Assembly: GCA_934692295.1 (NCBI GenBank)
Contig: CAKUTL010000003.1
Location: 8,031 to 72,030, forward strand
Direction: 5' to 3'
DNA from: an uncultured Candidatus Melainabacteria bacterium
Lineage (GTDB): Bacteria; Cyanobacteriota; Vampirovibrionia; Gastranaerophilales; Gastranaerophilaceae
DNA: 64,000 bases
The notes beneath the pieces were generated by a model that saw nothing but the letters and a program-made list of their open reading frames with translations, ran no database searches and was not told the DNA's origin. Position numbers and translations under genes: made by a program. Positions within the stretch are counted from its first letter, which is position 1. Every line of letters starts with the position of its first letter. Shown piece after piece: positions 53,605 through 62,587 of the stretch.

Positions 53605-54729
53605 TTACGAAAAAAGCTCCGTATCAATAACTTTTGCAACCTCAAGAGCAGAATTTTTATCTGAAAGTTGTTCTTTAACACGACCCAAATCTTTAATCAT
53701 TTGCTCACGTCTTTCAGAATTATACAAAAGTTCTTCTATCTCATAAACAATATTCATCGGAGTTGCTTTATTTTGCAAAATTTCAGGAACTATATCTTTA
53801 TCTGCAATAATATTTGGAAGACATACTCTTTTAATACATCTTACAAGCAAATACAACCAATATAAAATTTGAGGTCCTTTATAAGCAATAATCATTGGAG
53901 TTTTGTACAAACAAGCTTCCAAAGCAACTGTTCCAGAAGCTAAAATCAAAGCATCAGAAACACTTAACAACGCTTGGTTTTCACCTTTGATAACTTTAAT
54001 ATCACAATCGCCAAGATATTTTTCATAAACTTCATCAGATAAATTTGGAGCATGAGATATGCAGAACTGCAAATCAGAATGTCTATCCCTCAATCTGCGA
54101 ACAGCTTCTTTAAATACTGGCATCAAGTTTTTTAGTTCAAACTCCCTTGAACCAGGGAAAACTGAAACAAGTCTTTTTTCAACATCAAGACCATGATTTC
54201 TAAAAAATTCTCTTCTTCCAGCAGCAGGAGGAAGCTGAGATACAAGCGGATGGCCACAATAATGAGTATCTATCCCATATTGAGCATAAAGAGGTTTTTC
54301 AAATGGAAAAATACACAAAACCTTATCAACAAACTTTTGGATAAATTTAATTCTATATTTCCTACTTGCCCAAACTTGTGGAGGAATATAATAGAAAACT
54401 TTTATTCCAGCGTCGTGCAAAAATTTAGCAACACACAAATTAAAAGCACCGTAATCAATCAGCAACACCAAATCCGGTTTGTAATCATTTTTCAAATAAT
54501 CAACAACAGCCCTACCGAGTTTGATATGATTTATCAAAATATTAGCAGAAATGCCCATCGCAGACATTTTATCTTGGTTAGTAAAAAGCTTAACTCCTTG
54601 AGATTCAAGATTAATTCCACCAATACCTTCAATTTGAACATCGGAATTCAATGCTCTCAATTCTTTAACAACATTGGAAGCGTGGATGTCGCCTGAATAT
54701 TCACCTGTGATAATAAAAATCTTTTTCAT
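53605..54729 (-). CDS. lpxB: lipid-A-disaccharide synthase
   Basis: 374 aa. N-terminal IITGEYSGDIHASNV and GT19-like layout. Adjacent to lpxI. Confidence 0.88.
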   Translation of the reverse strand: MKKIFIITGEYSGDIHASNVVKELRALNSDVQIEGIGGINLESQGVKLFTNQDKMSAMGISANILINHIKLGRAVVDYLKNDYKPDLVLLIDYGAFNLCVAKFLHDAGIKVFYYIPPQVWASRKYRIKFIQKFVDKVLCIFPFEKPLYAQYGIDTHYCGHPLVSQLPPAAGRREFFRNHGLDVEKRLVSVFPGSREFELKNLMPVFKEAVRRLRDRHSDLQFCISHAPNLSDEVYEKYLGDCDIKVIKGENQALLSVSDALILASGTVALEACLYKTPMIIAYKGPQILYWLYLLVRCIKRVCLPNIIADKDIVPEILQNKATPMNIVYEIEELLYNSERREQMIKDLGRVKEQLSDKNSALEVAKVIDTELFS

Positions 54730-55545
54730 CTATACTGCCATTATTACTATATTGTGCTTATCAGCGTACTTAACAACTTTTTCTTGATCAACAATAATTG
54801 TTTCATTTGCCTCAACGGCAATCAATGAAGCGTGGTAATGACGCATTGTTCTAAGAGTTCTCATTCCGATTGCAGGAATATCAAATCTCTTATCTTGTTT
54901 TGGTTTTGCAACTTTTACAATTACAGCACCTTCTTTTGCAAGTTTTGCACCACGTTTGATACAAACATCTGTACCTTCAATCGCTTCTACTGCCATAATC
55001 ATTTTATCTTTAATTACTACAGATTGACCAACATCAAGTTTACCCATTTCTTTTGCCAACCAAAAACCGTAATTTACATCTTCCATTTGAGCATCTGTCG
55101 GTTTGTGGCATCCCAAAACTCCCGCAGGAATCATTAGGTTTTTGATAAAAATTGTTTGATCCAAAACTTCAATACCAATTTTTGCAAGTTCAGATACAAT
55201 CATCAACATAACTTGATCATCATTTAATCTTGTTGCTTCCTTGATTAAATCAACGGCTCTTTTATCAAACTTATGAAGCTGCAAAAGAACTTTTTTATGA
55301 ACCTTACCCAAGAAAGTAAGTTGTTTAATACCTTCATCTTTCAAAATTGATTCAATCTTGTTAACTTCTCCAGGATGACAAGAATAAACTTTTGAACAAT
55401 ATTTTTTCAATTCTCTTTCATTGTCATTCGCAAGAGAAATACAAACAACTTCAAAGCCGTTTTCTTTTGCATATTGAGCCATTTTAACCGGTAAAATGCC
55501 ATCTCCTGCTATCAAACCTTGTTTATTATCTAATGTAATTGTCAC
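54730..55545 (-). CDS. lpxI: UDP-2,3-diacylglucosamine pyrophosphatase LpxI (DUF1009)
   Basis: 271 aa. GLIAGDGILP start, VGQSVVIKDKMIMAVEAIEGTD and KPKQDKRFDIPAIG. Confidence 0.8.
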   Translation of the reverse strand: MTITLDNKQGLIAGDGILPVKMAQYAKENGFEVVCISLANDNERELKKYCSKVYSCHPGEVNKIESILKDEGIKQLTFLGKVHKKVLLQLHKFDKRAVDLIKEATRLNDDQVMLMIVSELAKIGIEVLDQTIFIKNLMIPAGVLGCHKPTDAQMEDVNYGFWLAKEMGKLDVGQSVVIKDKMIMAVEAIEGTDVCIKRGAKLAKEGAVIVKVAKPKQDKRFDIPAIGMRTLRTMRHYHASLIAVEANETIIVDQEKVVKYADKHNIVIMAV

Positions 55546-55568
55546 GATAATTTTCCTCTTTTACTATT

Positions 55569-56186
55569 TTATCTTAATGAATAAATCTTTTTCACTTCTT
55601 CGCTCGGTAACATTTTAGCACCACCAAGAAGTTTTGAAAAGAGAACAGTCTGAGCATACGCTTCACACAATTCTAATTTCAAATAAGTATCTTTTACATC
55701 CTTCCCTCCGACAATAACGCCGTGGTTCGCCATCAATACAACATCAAAATCTTTGAAAAATTTAGAAGTTTTTTCAACCAATTCCTTTGAACCAGGAAGA
55801 GCATAATCAGCTAATGGAATGTAATCAAAACAATAAACAATTTCCGCCAAAATATGTTCATCCATTGGTTTTCCGGCAGCAGAAAAAGCTGTCAGATAAG
55901 GGGAATGAACATGAAAAATATAATTTATATCTTCACGTTGCCTATAAAATTCGACGTGAAGCATTTTTTCACTTGACGGTTTCTTTTCACCCTCAATTTT
56001 ATTACCTTCAAAATCAATCAATGTAAAATCATCTTCTGCTAAATAAGCATTTGCGGTACCTGTTGCGGTAATTAAAATCTTATCATCGCATCTGGCAGAT
56101 AAATTACCTGAAAATCCCGGGGTAAAATTTTTCACCCCTGCAAGTTTGCCATATTCAATTAATTCCTTTTTAATAGTTTCTATCAT
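55569..56186 (-). CDS. class II aldolase/adducin-family protein
   Basis: 205 aa from ATG 56186, one nt after the lptD stop. HVHSPY zinc-ligand region and MANHGVIVGG motif. Confidence 0.75.
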   Translation of the reverse strand: MIETIKKELIEYGKLAGVKNFTPGFSGNLSARCDDKILITATGTANAYLAEDDFTLIDFEGNKIEGEKKPSSEKMLHVEFYRQREDINYIFHVHSPYLTAFSAAGKPMDEHILAEIVYCFDYIPLADYALPGSKELVEKTSKFFKDFDVVLMANHGVIVGGKDVKDTYLKLELCEAYAQTVLFSKLLGGAKMLPSEEVKKIYSLR

Positions 56187-56187
56187 T

Positions 56188-58446
56188 TTACTGAATAGTT
56201 TCCTTATTCGGATCTTCAATATCGATAACCTGTGCATACTCTAGCACTTGAGGTTTTGTTTTTGCAGTTGATTTTGTCTTTTTGTTTGAAACAGAAACTT
56301 CTGAATCATCTTTCGCTGGAGAAAATGCTATTTTTCTCTTTTCTTCATCGTCTTTGTTTTGATTTTTGCCTAATCTTTCAGGATTTTTTATTTCCATTTT
56401 TTTATAAGTTACAGTTGTACCTTTTGTATCAAAAGCTACGTTAAAACCAAAGTATGTTGTCTGACGAACAAAGTCGTAACCTAATGTAATTTTCAAATCG
56501 TCAGGTCCGATTGAGAACAAGAAAGCATTTTCTTGGAACATTTTACCGTTCGGAGCATCATCTGAAAGGTTAATATTTCCTGCCCAACCTACAGACAAAT
56601 ATTTGCAAAGTCTAAACGCTTCTGACAAATAAACGCTCTGGTGTCCATATCTATATGTATCATATCTTGGTAGTGGAGTATGGTCAGAATATCCTGACAA
56701 GAAATATCCAACATCTTGCATCCAGTTTTTGTATTGCAAGTGCAATCTAGGACCAACTCTACCAATAAACTGAGTATCACCTGTACCATACACCGCAGCG
56801 GAACCTTGCATTACAATACCGAAGTTTGCGGCAATTCTTCTTTCTTCATCAGTATAGCCCCAAATATGTTGATTTAATTCTGCCATATATCTGAATCTTG
56901 TAGTAGAAATACCACCGGATCTTAGCCTTTCACCGTAGAAGTTTCTATCATTATCTTCCATCAAACCAACACCAAATCTGTGGCGGAAACCAAGATTCAT
57001 ACCTTTTGTTAAGAAATCTTTTGTAGTATAACCTCTGTCGTAGTAAACTTCTGCCATATACTTAGGCATTTGACGACCTAAAAACCATTCATCCATAAAT
57101 GAATTAGACGCATATTGCAAATACAAGTGATCATCTAATCTTTGAATACCTTTCAAGAAGAAAATATCCGCAGCAGAAGCATAACCTAACTCTGTTCTGT
57201 TGAAAGTATTAAAATACTTAACCGCACCACCAAAACCAAACTTGTGCTGATAGTTCAAAAATGGAATAGCTTTAATTACAGAGCCGCCAGGACCACCAAA
57301 TACGAACCCAGGACCTACAAACATACCTACTTTTCTTCTTGTTCCAAATTCAGGATAGTTTGCTTCAAAATAATCACGCTCTTTGTTTGTATAAGCAGTC
57401 AAACTCGGCCATCTAAATAAGTATTTACCGTCTTTATAAACTTTTATACCTTTAGCTTTAAATACATCATGATTTTTTCTTGCATCTACATAAATTGAAT
57501 CAATATCAAGTCTAACATTATTACCTGTTGGATCTCCGAAGAATAATGCTTGTGCTTCACGAGGAACAATCATATTTTGGAAACGAGGACCAACCATTCT
57601 TGACATCAAACGATAAACTTGAGATTCTTCAGAATGAAAATTACCATCATGAAGAACAATCAAACCATCTTTTTGAATACCTTTTTTAGCATCCATAATA
57701 GTTGTTTCAGAAATGGTTTCCATGTTATCCATAACCATTGTTTCTTCATTCATATCAACTTCAAGATAACTACCCTTAGTTGGCATTCCATCTTTAAACA
57801 CAATAACATTACCGATTCCTTTTAAAATATTAGAATCTTCATTGTATGTCATTTTATCTGCAATAATTTTTACATTTTGAGGAGGTAAAACAAGAATAGG
57901 TCTGCCTGTTGCAACCATATCCCCTGTTTCATCATCGTAATTTACATTCTCAGCATCTAAAATTAACTGTCTTTCTGTAACTTCCTCATTAACTCCGCCT
58001 TCCAAAGAAATAGCATCGTCAGAAATCTCTGAAGAAGTTTCTGATTGAATAGAATTAGTCAAATCAGATTCAGAAGGAAGAGTTTCTGTTTGTTCTTCTT
58101 GAACTTTTTGCTTTCCCCAGAATTTAAACTTGTTTTCAGAAGTCTTTTGGGTGGTCGAAGTTTTTTCTTGCATCAACTTGTTAGTAAGTTTTACACGCAT
58201 TTGTTTTACAAACGGCATATTACTACCTTCAAGTTCTTTTGTAGATAACCCCATTCCACTGCTATTGTAGTCAAAAGCATAATCGTAATCATCCGGAGTA
58301 CCCTGAACATCAGGAATCATATTTGACAAAGAAGAACGGAAAATTACATCCTGAACATTTGAAACAGGAGAATCTGCCAAATCCTCTGCATAAGAAGAAT
58401 TAGAAAAGGCTAATATTAAAACTGCTGCTAATAAATATTTTTTCAT
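56188..58446 (-). CDS. lptD: LPS-assembly outer-membrane protein LptD-like
   Basis: 752 aa with a signal peptide. OstA-like N-terminal region (ADKMTYNEDSNILKGIGNVIVFKDG). Aromatic-rich beta-barrel-like C-terminal two thirds. Confidence 0.7.
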   Translation of the reverse strand: MKKYLLAAVLILAFSNSSYAEDLADSPVSNVQDVIFRSSLSNMIPDVQGTPDDYDYAFDYNSSGMGLSTKELEGSNMPFVKQMRVKLTNKLMQEKTSTTQKTSENKFKFWGKQKVQEEQTETLPSESDLTNSIQSETSSEISDDAISLEGGVNEEVTERQLILDAENVNYDDETGDMVATGRPILVLPPQNVKIIADKMTYNEDSNILKGIGNVIVFKDGMPTKGSYLEVDMNEETMVMDNMETISETTIMDAKKGIQKDGLIVLHDGNFHSEESQVYRLMSRMVGPRFQNMIVPREAQALFFGDPTGNNVRLDIDSIYVDARKNHDVFKAKGIKVYKDGKYLFRWPSLTAYTNKERDYFEANYPEFGTRRKVGMFVGPGFVFGGPGGSVIKAIPFLNYQHKFGFGGAVKYFNTFNRTELGYASAADIFFLKGIQRLDDHLYLQYASNSFMDEWFLGRQMPKYMAEVYYDRGYTTKDFLTKGMNLGFRHRFGVGLMEDNDRNFYGERLRSGGISTTRFRYMAELNQHIWGYTDEERRIAANFGIVMQGSAAVYGTGDTQFIGRVGPRLHLQYKNWMQDVGYFLSGYSDHTPLPRYDTYRYGHQSVYLSEAFRLCKYLSVGWAGNINLSDDAPNGKMFQENAFLFSIGPDDLKITLGYDFVRQTTYFGFNVAFDTKGTTVTYKKMEIKNPERLGKNQNKDDEEKRKIAFSPAKDDSEVSVSNKKTKSTAKTKPQVLEYAQVIDIEDPNKETIQ

Positions 58447-58462
58447 CTAAATTCCTTCTTCT

Positions 58463-59623
58463 TTAAATATACCCGAACGGACTTACCGGTCTTCCGTTTT
58501 CTCTGACTTCAAAGTGGCAATGCGGACCTGTACTATATCCGGTTGAACCTTCTCGACCAATTGTTTGACCTTTTTTAACATTTTGACCATTACTTACAAG
58601 AACTGCTGACATATGACCATACAAAGTAGTAATAGGTTTTCCATTAATCACACCATGATCCAAAATTACAACCTTACCATAACCGCCATACCATCCGGCA
58701 TAAATAACTCTACCATCATTAGAAGCATGAATTGAACCACCGTTTGGACCGGCAATATCTATACCAGAGTGGAAAATTCTACTTTTGAAGATAGGGTGAA
58801 TTCTATATCCAAATGGAGATGTAATAGGACCATTAATCGGTTTGATAAATCCGGTTGAAGAAACTTTAACAGTAGATGTTCCGCCTTGTTTTCTAGTCAT
58901 ACTTGCAATCATATGTTCAATGCTTGCAGATTGTCTTGCCAATTCTCTTTCAGAACGTTCATAATAACTTTTATCTTTTTTCAAACGTTCAATCATAGAT
59001 TTATTTTCTGCAATTGAACTTTGAATCACTGCTCTTTGATTATTGATATCGCGAATTGAAGCTTCAACCATTCTTCTTTGAGCTTCAACTTGAACTTTTA
59101 ATCTTGCTATTTCATTTGCTTTTGCTTTTACCAACTGCATTCTACGATAATCATCTTTAATAACGATTTTTTCATAATAGAACATATCAAGCATAGAATT
59201 TACATCTTTAGCAGACAAAATAAGTTCAAACATACCGGATCTCTGATGTTTATAAACCTGACGAATTCTTGATTTCATCGCTGCATCAATACTTCGGAAT
59301 TCAGCAATTGCATTATTTAATTGACTTTCCATAGAAGACAAATTTGAAACCAAATTATTATAACGAACAGTTGTAGTTTGCAATTCTTGGTGAGCAACTT
59401 CTAAACGCTGTTGGTTATTACTCAGTTTGTCTTTTTCATTTTTCAATTTAATATCTGTTTGTTTTTTCTTTTGATGGAAATAATTTTTCTTAGCATTAGT
59501 TTGATTTAACTTTTGACGCAAAGTAGGAGCAGCACAAACCATTGAGGAAACACCACCTAATCCAAATGTTCCCAGAATAATCCAGCATATTAATATTTTT
59601 TTTAAGATATTTATTTTTCTCAT
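58463..59623 (-). CDS. M23 peptidoglycan metalloendopeptidase with N-terminal coiled coil (EnvC-like layout, catalytic residues present)
   Basis: 386 aa. HSGIDIAG, YGHMS and GPHCHFEV metal-ligand motifs. Confidence 0.85.
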   Translation of the reverse strand: MRKINILKKILICWIILGTFGLGGVSSMVCAAPTLRQKLNQTNAKKNYFHQKKKQTDIKLKNEKDKLSNNQQRLEVAHQELQTTTVRYNNLVSNLSSMESQLNNAIAEFRSIDAAMKSRIRQVYKHQRSGMFELILSAKDVNSMLDMFYYEKIVIKDDYRRMQLVKAKANEIARLKVQVEAQRRMVEASIRDINNQRAVIQSSIAENKSMIERLKKDKSYYERSERELARQSASIEHMIASMTRKQGGTSTVKVSSTGFIKPINGPITSPFGYRIHPIFKSRIFHSGIDIAGPNGGSIHASNDGRVIYAGWYGGYGKVVILDHGVINGKPITTLYGHMSAVLVSNGQNVKKGQTIGREGSTGYSTGPHCHFEVRENGRPVSPFGYI

Positions 59624-59630
59624 TTTTATA

Positions 59631-59735
59631 CTATTTTACAAGTAGTGGAAGTAACATCAAACCGAATGTCCACGCCAAAAACGTGAAACATATTATCCCT
59701 ATAATTATTTTTTGATGTTTTCTAAAAAATTCCAT
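59631..59735 (-). CDS. unannotated 34-aa small membrane protein ORF
   Basis: MEFFRKHQKIIIGIICFTFLAWTFGLMLLPLLVK. GGGGAG SD 5 nt upstream. Its stop lies 7 nt before the M23 gene start. Below the ORF-track length cut-off. Confidence 0.45.
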   Translation of the reverse strand: MEFFRKHQKIIIGIICFTFLAWTFGLMLLPLLVK

Positions 59736-59873
59736 AAGTTCTCCCCTTATACATCTGACATTTTACAATAAAAAAAAACTTTAGACAAGGAATTGAAACA
59801 TATTTTAACTTTAAAAATAGAAAAATGAACTTTTTTAGATTACAATCGTTTTATAAGTATAGAGGTTACAAAT

Positions 59874-60218
59874 ATGAAAGATAAATGTACTAAATACGAA
59901 GCACTTTTTACTTTTAGAACGGAAGAAGAATTGAATGGACACATTCAAGAATGCGAAGATTGCAGACTTGAACATGAAAAAATGCAAAAAGTTTCAGCTC
60001 TTCTTCAAGAAGTTAAGCCCTATTTTAAAGAACGCAGAAAAAATTTGGCTAAAATAAAAGTTGCTTGTGCTTTATTTATGCTTATGTTTAGCGGAACAAC
60101 TTTAGGAGTTCTGAACTTCAACACAGATGTTTCTGATACGTTGAAGTATGGGACAACACTATCTTCAGAAGATTTAGGTCTTCCTGTAGATTCGTATGGA
60201 CTTATAGCGGTTGAGTAG
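59874..60218 (+). CDS. anti-sigma factor (zf-HC2-like, single TM)
   Basis: 114 aa. Cys/His cluster C..H..C..C near the N-terminus, then a TM. Its stop abuts the sigma gene start. Confidence 0.6.
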   Translation: MKDKCTKYEALFTFRTEEELNGHIQECEDCRLEHEKMQKVSALLQEVKPYFKERRKNLAKIKVACALFMLMFSGTTLGVLNFNTDVSDTLKYGTTLSSEDLGLPVDSYGLIAVE

Positions 60219-60716
60219 ATGGATTTTAACAAAGTAATTACTGAAAACAAACAAAATATAAAAAATATAATTAGACTAATTACCAAAGAAGATAACGAAG
60301 ATTTGGAACAAGAAGTCTATGTAAAAATTTGGAAGAACGCTGAAAAATATGAGGAAAAAGGCTCTATTAAAAGCTGGATTTCTTGTATTACAAAAAACAC
60401 ATCATTGGACTATCTAAAATCTGCATATCACAGAGTGTTTTCTAGCTCAACATCTGACGATTTAGTTATGACAAACTTGAAAGACAAAAAGACTTCGCCA
60501 GAATCTAAAGTTGTAAGTTTAGAAAGACAAAAAGTTATTATAAAAGCAGTAAATAGCCTTAAACCAAAATTCAAAGAAGTAATTATGATTTGCGAAATCA
60601 ACGGTTATTCATATGAAGAATGTGCAAAAAAAATCAACTGTCCGGTAGGAACAGTAAAATCAAGATTATATAACGCAAAAAAAGAATTAGCAGAAAAACT
60701 AAAAGATTTGATGTAA
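60219..60716 (+). CDS. ECF-type RNA polymerase sigma factor
   Basis: 165 aa. Region 2 (DLEQEVYVKIWKN...SWISCITKN) and region 4 HTH (YSYEECAKKINCPVGTVKSRLYNAKKEL). Confidence 0.85.
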   Translation: MDFNKVITENKQNIKNIIRLITKEDNEDLEQEVYVKIWKNAEKYEEKGSIKSWISCITKNTSLDYLKSAYHRVFSSSTSDDLVMTNLKDKKTSPESKVVSLERQKVIIKAVNSLKPKFKEVIMICEINGYSYEECAKKINCPVGTVKSRLYNAKKELAEKLKDLM

Positions 60717-60736
60717 AAATATAAGGAAGGATAAAA

Positions 60737-61312
60737 ATGAAAAAAGTATTGACATACTTATTTGCAATGGGAATAATTTCCGCCGGATGTGGAATGAGTC
60801 CGACTTTAGCAAACACTCAAACTCAACCACCTGTAAACTTTGGGCAAAAACCGCCATCAAGAGAAATGATGCGTCAAAAATTTGAACAAAGATTAAATCT
60901 AACAGATAAACAAAAAGAACAAGCCAGAGCTATCCATAAAAAAGGTAGAGAACAAATGAAACCTATTATGGATCAAATTATTTATAAAAGACAAGAAATC
61001 GATGCTATTTCAAAAACTAAAATGCTTGAAAGAACAAAACAAGAGCAAATCGCTGAAATTACAACTCAAATAAGAGAACTTGAGAAAAAAGCAAACGAAA
61101 TCAGAAAAGCAAATAGCCAAGAATTTGAAAATATTTTAAATAAAAAACAAAAAAATGAACTTGCAAAAATGAAGGCTGAAGGACGTGCAGAATTTGAAAA
61201 AAATCATCCTGCAAGACCACCTTTCCAAGGACTTGGAAATCCTGGATTATTCATGCCAAACTTCGGGAAACCGCTATTTTCAAATCCAATGCCGAATTTT
61301 ACAAATAAATAG
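60737..61312 (+). CDS. Spy/CpxP-family periplasmic lipoprotein (LTxxQ motifs)
   Basis: 191 aa. Lipobox ISAGC. LNLTDKQKEQARAI and a second helical repeat. Confidence 0.65.
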   Translation: MKKVLTYLFAMGIISAGCGMSPTLANTQTQPPVNFGQKPPSREMMRQKFEQRLNLTDKQKEQARAIHKKGREQMKPIMDQIIYKRQEIDAISKTKMLERTKQEQIAEITTQIRELEKKANEIRKANSQEFENILNKKQKNELAKMKAEGRAEFEKNHPARPPFQGLGNPGLFMPNFGKPLFSNPMPNFTNK

Positions 61313-61329
61313 AATTGAAACATACAAAA

Positions 61330-61517
61330 GAAGAATCTCTAACAATGTGTACTGATAGAGATTCTTCGGGTAAATTTGCAAAATAATCATGTTAAATAAC
61401 AGTTTATCCCTCAGAATGACGACGAATATTGCCTACACCGAATTTCGTCATACTGAGCGAAGCGAAGTACCTCTATCCGAACATATAAGGATTCTTCGGT
61501 AAAGCCTCAGTATGACG
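61330..61517. repeat. cluster of dispersed repeat family A modules
   Basis: GAAGAATCTCT/AGAGATTCTTC inverted pair, TCCCTCAGAATGACG, CGTCATACTGAGCGAAGCGAAGTACCTC and GGATTCTTCGGTAAAGCCTCAGTATGACG. Related copies at 1095-1121 and 32686-32813. Confidence 0.8.
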
Positions 61518-61529
61518 TTTAGCAAAATA

Positions 61530-61856
61530 TTAATTTTCCATTTGTGTTTTGCGAACTTCTTCTTCTTTAATAAATTTGCAAAGTTCTTCTAGACGTTTGT
61601 CTTCCATTGCATCCATCAAATCTTGAATATCTTTAATTTTACCTAACGCAAATCCGGTTTCTGCAAGTAAAACGCAATCATTACACAATCTATAATCGCC
61701 ATACTGAATAGAACCGGCAAGGTTTTTATTTTGTCCGCAGCAATCACAGTCAAAAAAGTCATTCGCAATATCTGGATTTTCTTCCAAATCGTCAATAACC
61801 ATTTGTTGAACAACTTGTTGCATTTCATTTATTATTTCTTCATTTGATTTTGTCAT
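61530..61856 (-). CDS. hypothetical Cys-cluster protein
   Basis: 108 aa, acidic. CDCCGQ...CNDC putative zinc ribbon. Starts 5 nt downstream of pdxJ. Confidence 0.5.
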   Translation of the reverse strand: MTKSNEEIINEMQQVVQQMVIDDLEENPDIANDFFDCDCCGQNKNLAGSIQYGDYRLCNDCVLLAETGFALGKIKDIQDLMDAMEDKRLEELCKFIKEEEVRKTQMEN

Positions 61857-61861
61857 TTTTA

Positions 61862-62575
61862 TTAGTCCTTGATTAAGTTATTCATATCTTGTACAGCTTG
61901 AGCCAATCCGGTAAATATCGCACGAGAAATAATACTATGTCCGATATTTAGTTCATGCAAATCTTCAATTTGACGCATTCTTGAAACGTTTTCATAATTC
62001 AATCCATGACCTGCATTTACCTTCAAACCTAAAGCATGACCAAGTCTTGATGCTTCTCGAACTTTTTCAAACTCTTCTTGTTCATTAGGAGTTCCAAAAG
62101 CTAAAGAATATTGACCTGTGTGAAGTTCAACAAATTGAGCACCTGTTTTAGCGGCTGCATATATTTGTTCTTTTGAAGGATCGATAAATAAACTTACAAT
62201 TATACCGGCTTCAACAAGCGGTTGAACAAAGTTTGTAATTTTAGTTAATTGAGAAGCAACATCTAAACCGCCTTCTGTAGTTACTTCTTCTCTTTTTTCA
62301 GGAACCAAACAAACAGAATAAGGACGAACTTCCAACGCAATTTTTTGCATTTCATCAGTTACAGCCATTTCAAGATTCAACCTTGTTTTAATAACTTTTT
62401 TAATAGTCCTAACATCTTTATCTTTTATATGACGTCTATCTTCTCTTAAATGTGTCGTAATAGAAGTTGCACCATTAGATTCTGCAACCTCTGCAGCTTG
62501 AATTGGATCTGGTTCAACCCCTCCTCTTGCGTTTCTTAATGTTGCAACGTGATCTATATTTACACCTAAAAGCAT
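61862..62575 (-). CDS. pdxJ: pyridoxine 5'-phosphate synthase
   Basis: 237 aa. LGVNIDHVATLRNARG start and HLREDRRHI motif. Confidence 0.92.
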   Translation of the reverse strand: MLLGVNIDHVATLRNARGGVEPDPIQAAEVAESNGATSITTHLREDRRHIKDKDVRTIKKVIKTRLNLEMAVTDEMQKIALEVRPYSVCLVPEKREEVTTEGGLDVASQLTKITNFVQPLVEAGIIVSLFIDPSKEQIYAAAKTGAQFVELHTGQYSLAFGTPNEQEEFEKVREASRLGHALGLKVNAGHGLNYENVSRMRQIEDLHELNIGHSIISRAIFTGLAQAVQDMNNLIKD

Positions 62576-62587
62576 AATTCGTCCTTT

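Noticed and set aside
54193-54696. 167-aa plus-strand ORF inside lpxB, and similar shadow ORFs (3412-3771, 11428-11769, 20880-21230, 38718-39029, 55787-56026)
   Set aside because: They lie antisense within genes that have strong family signatures. Their products are low-complexity Phe/Ile/Asn/Lys-rich sequences typical of AT-rich shadow frames.
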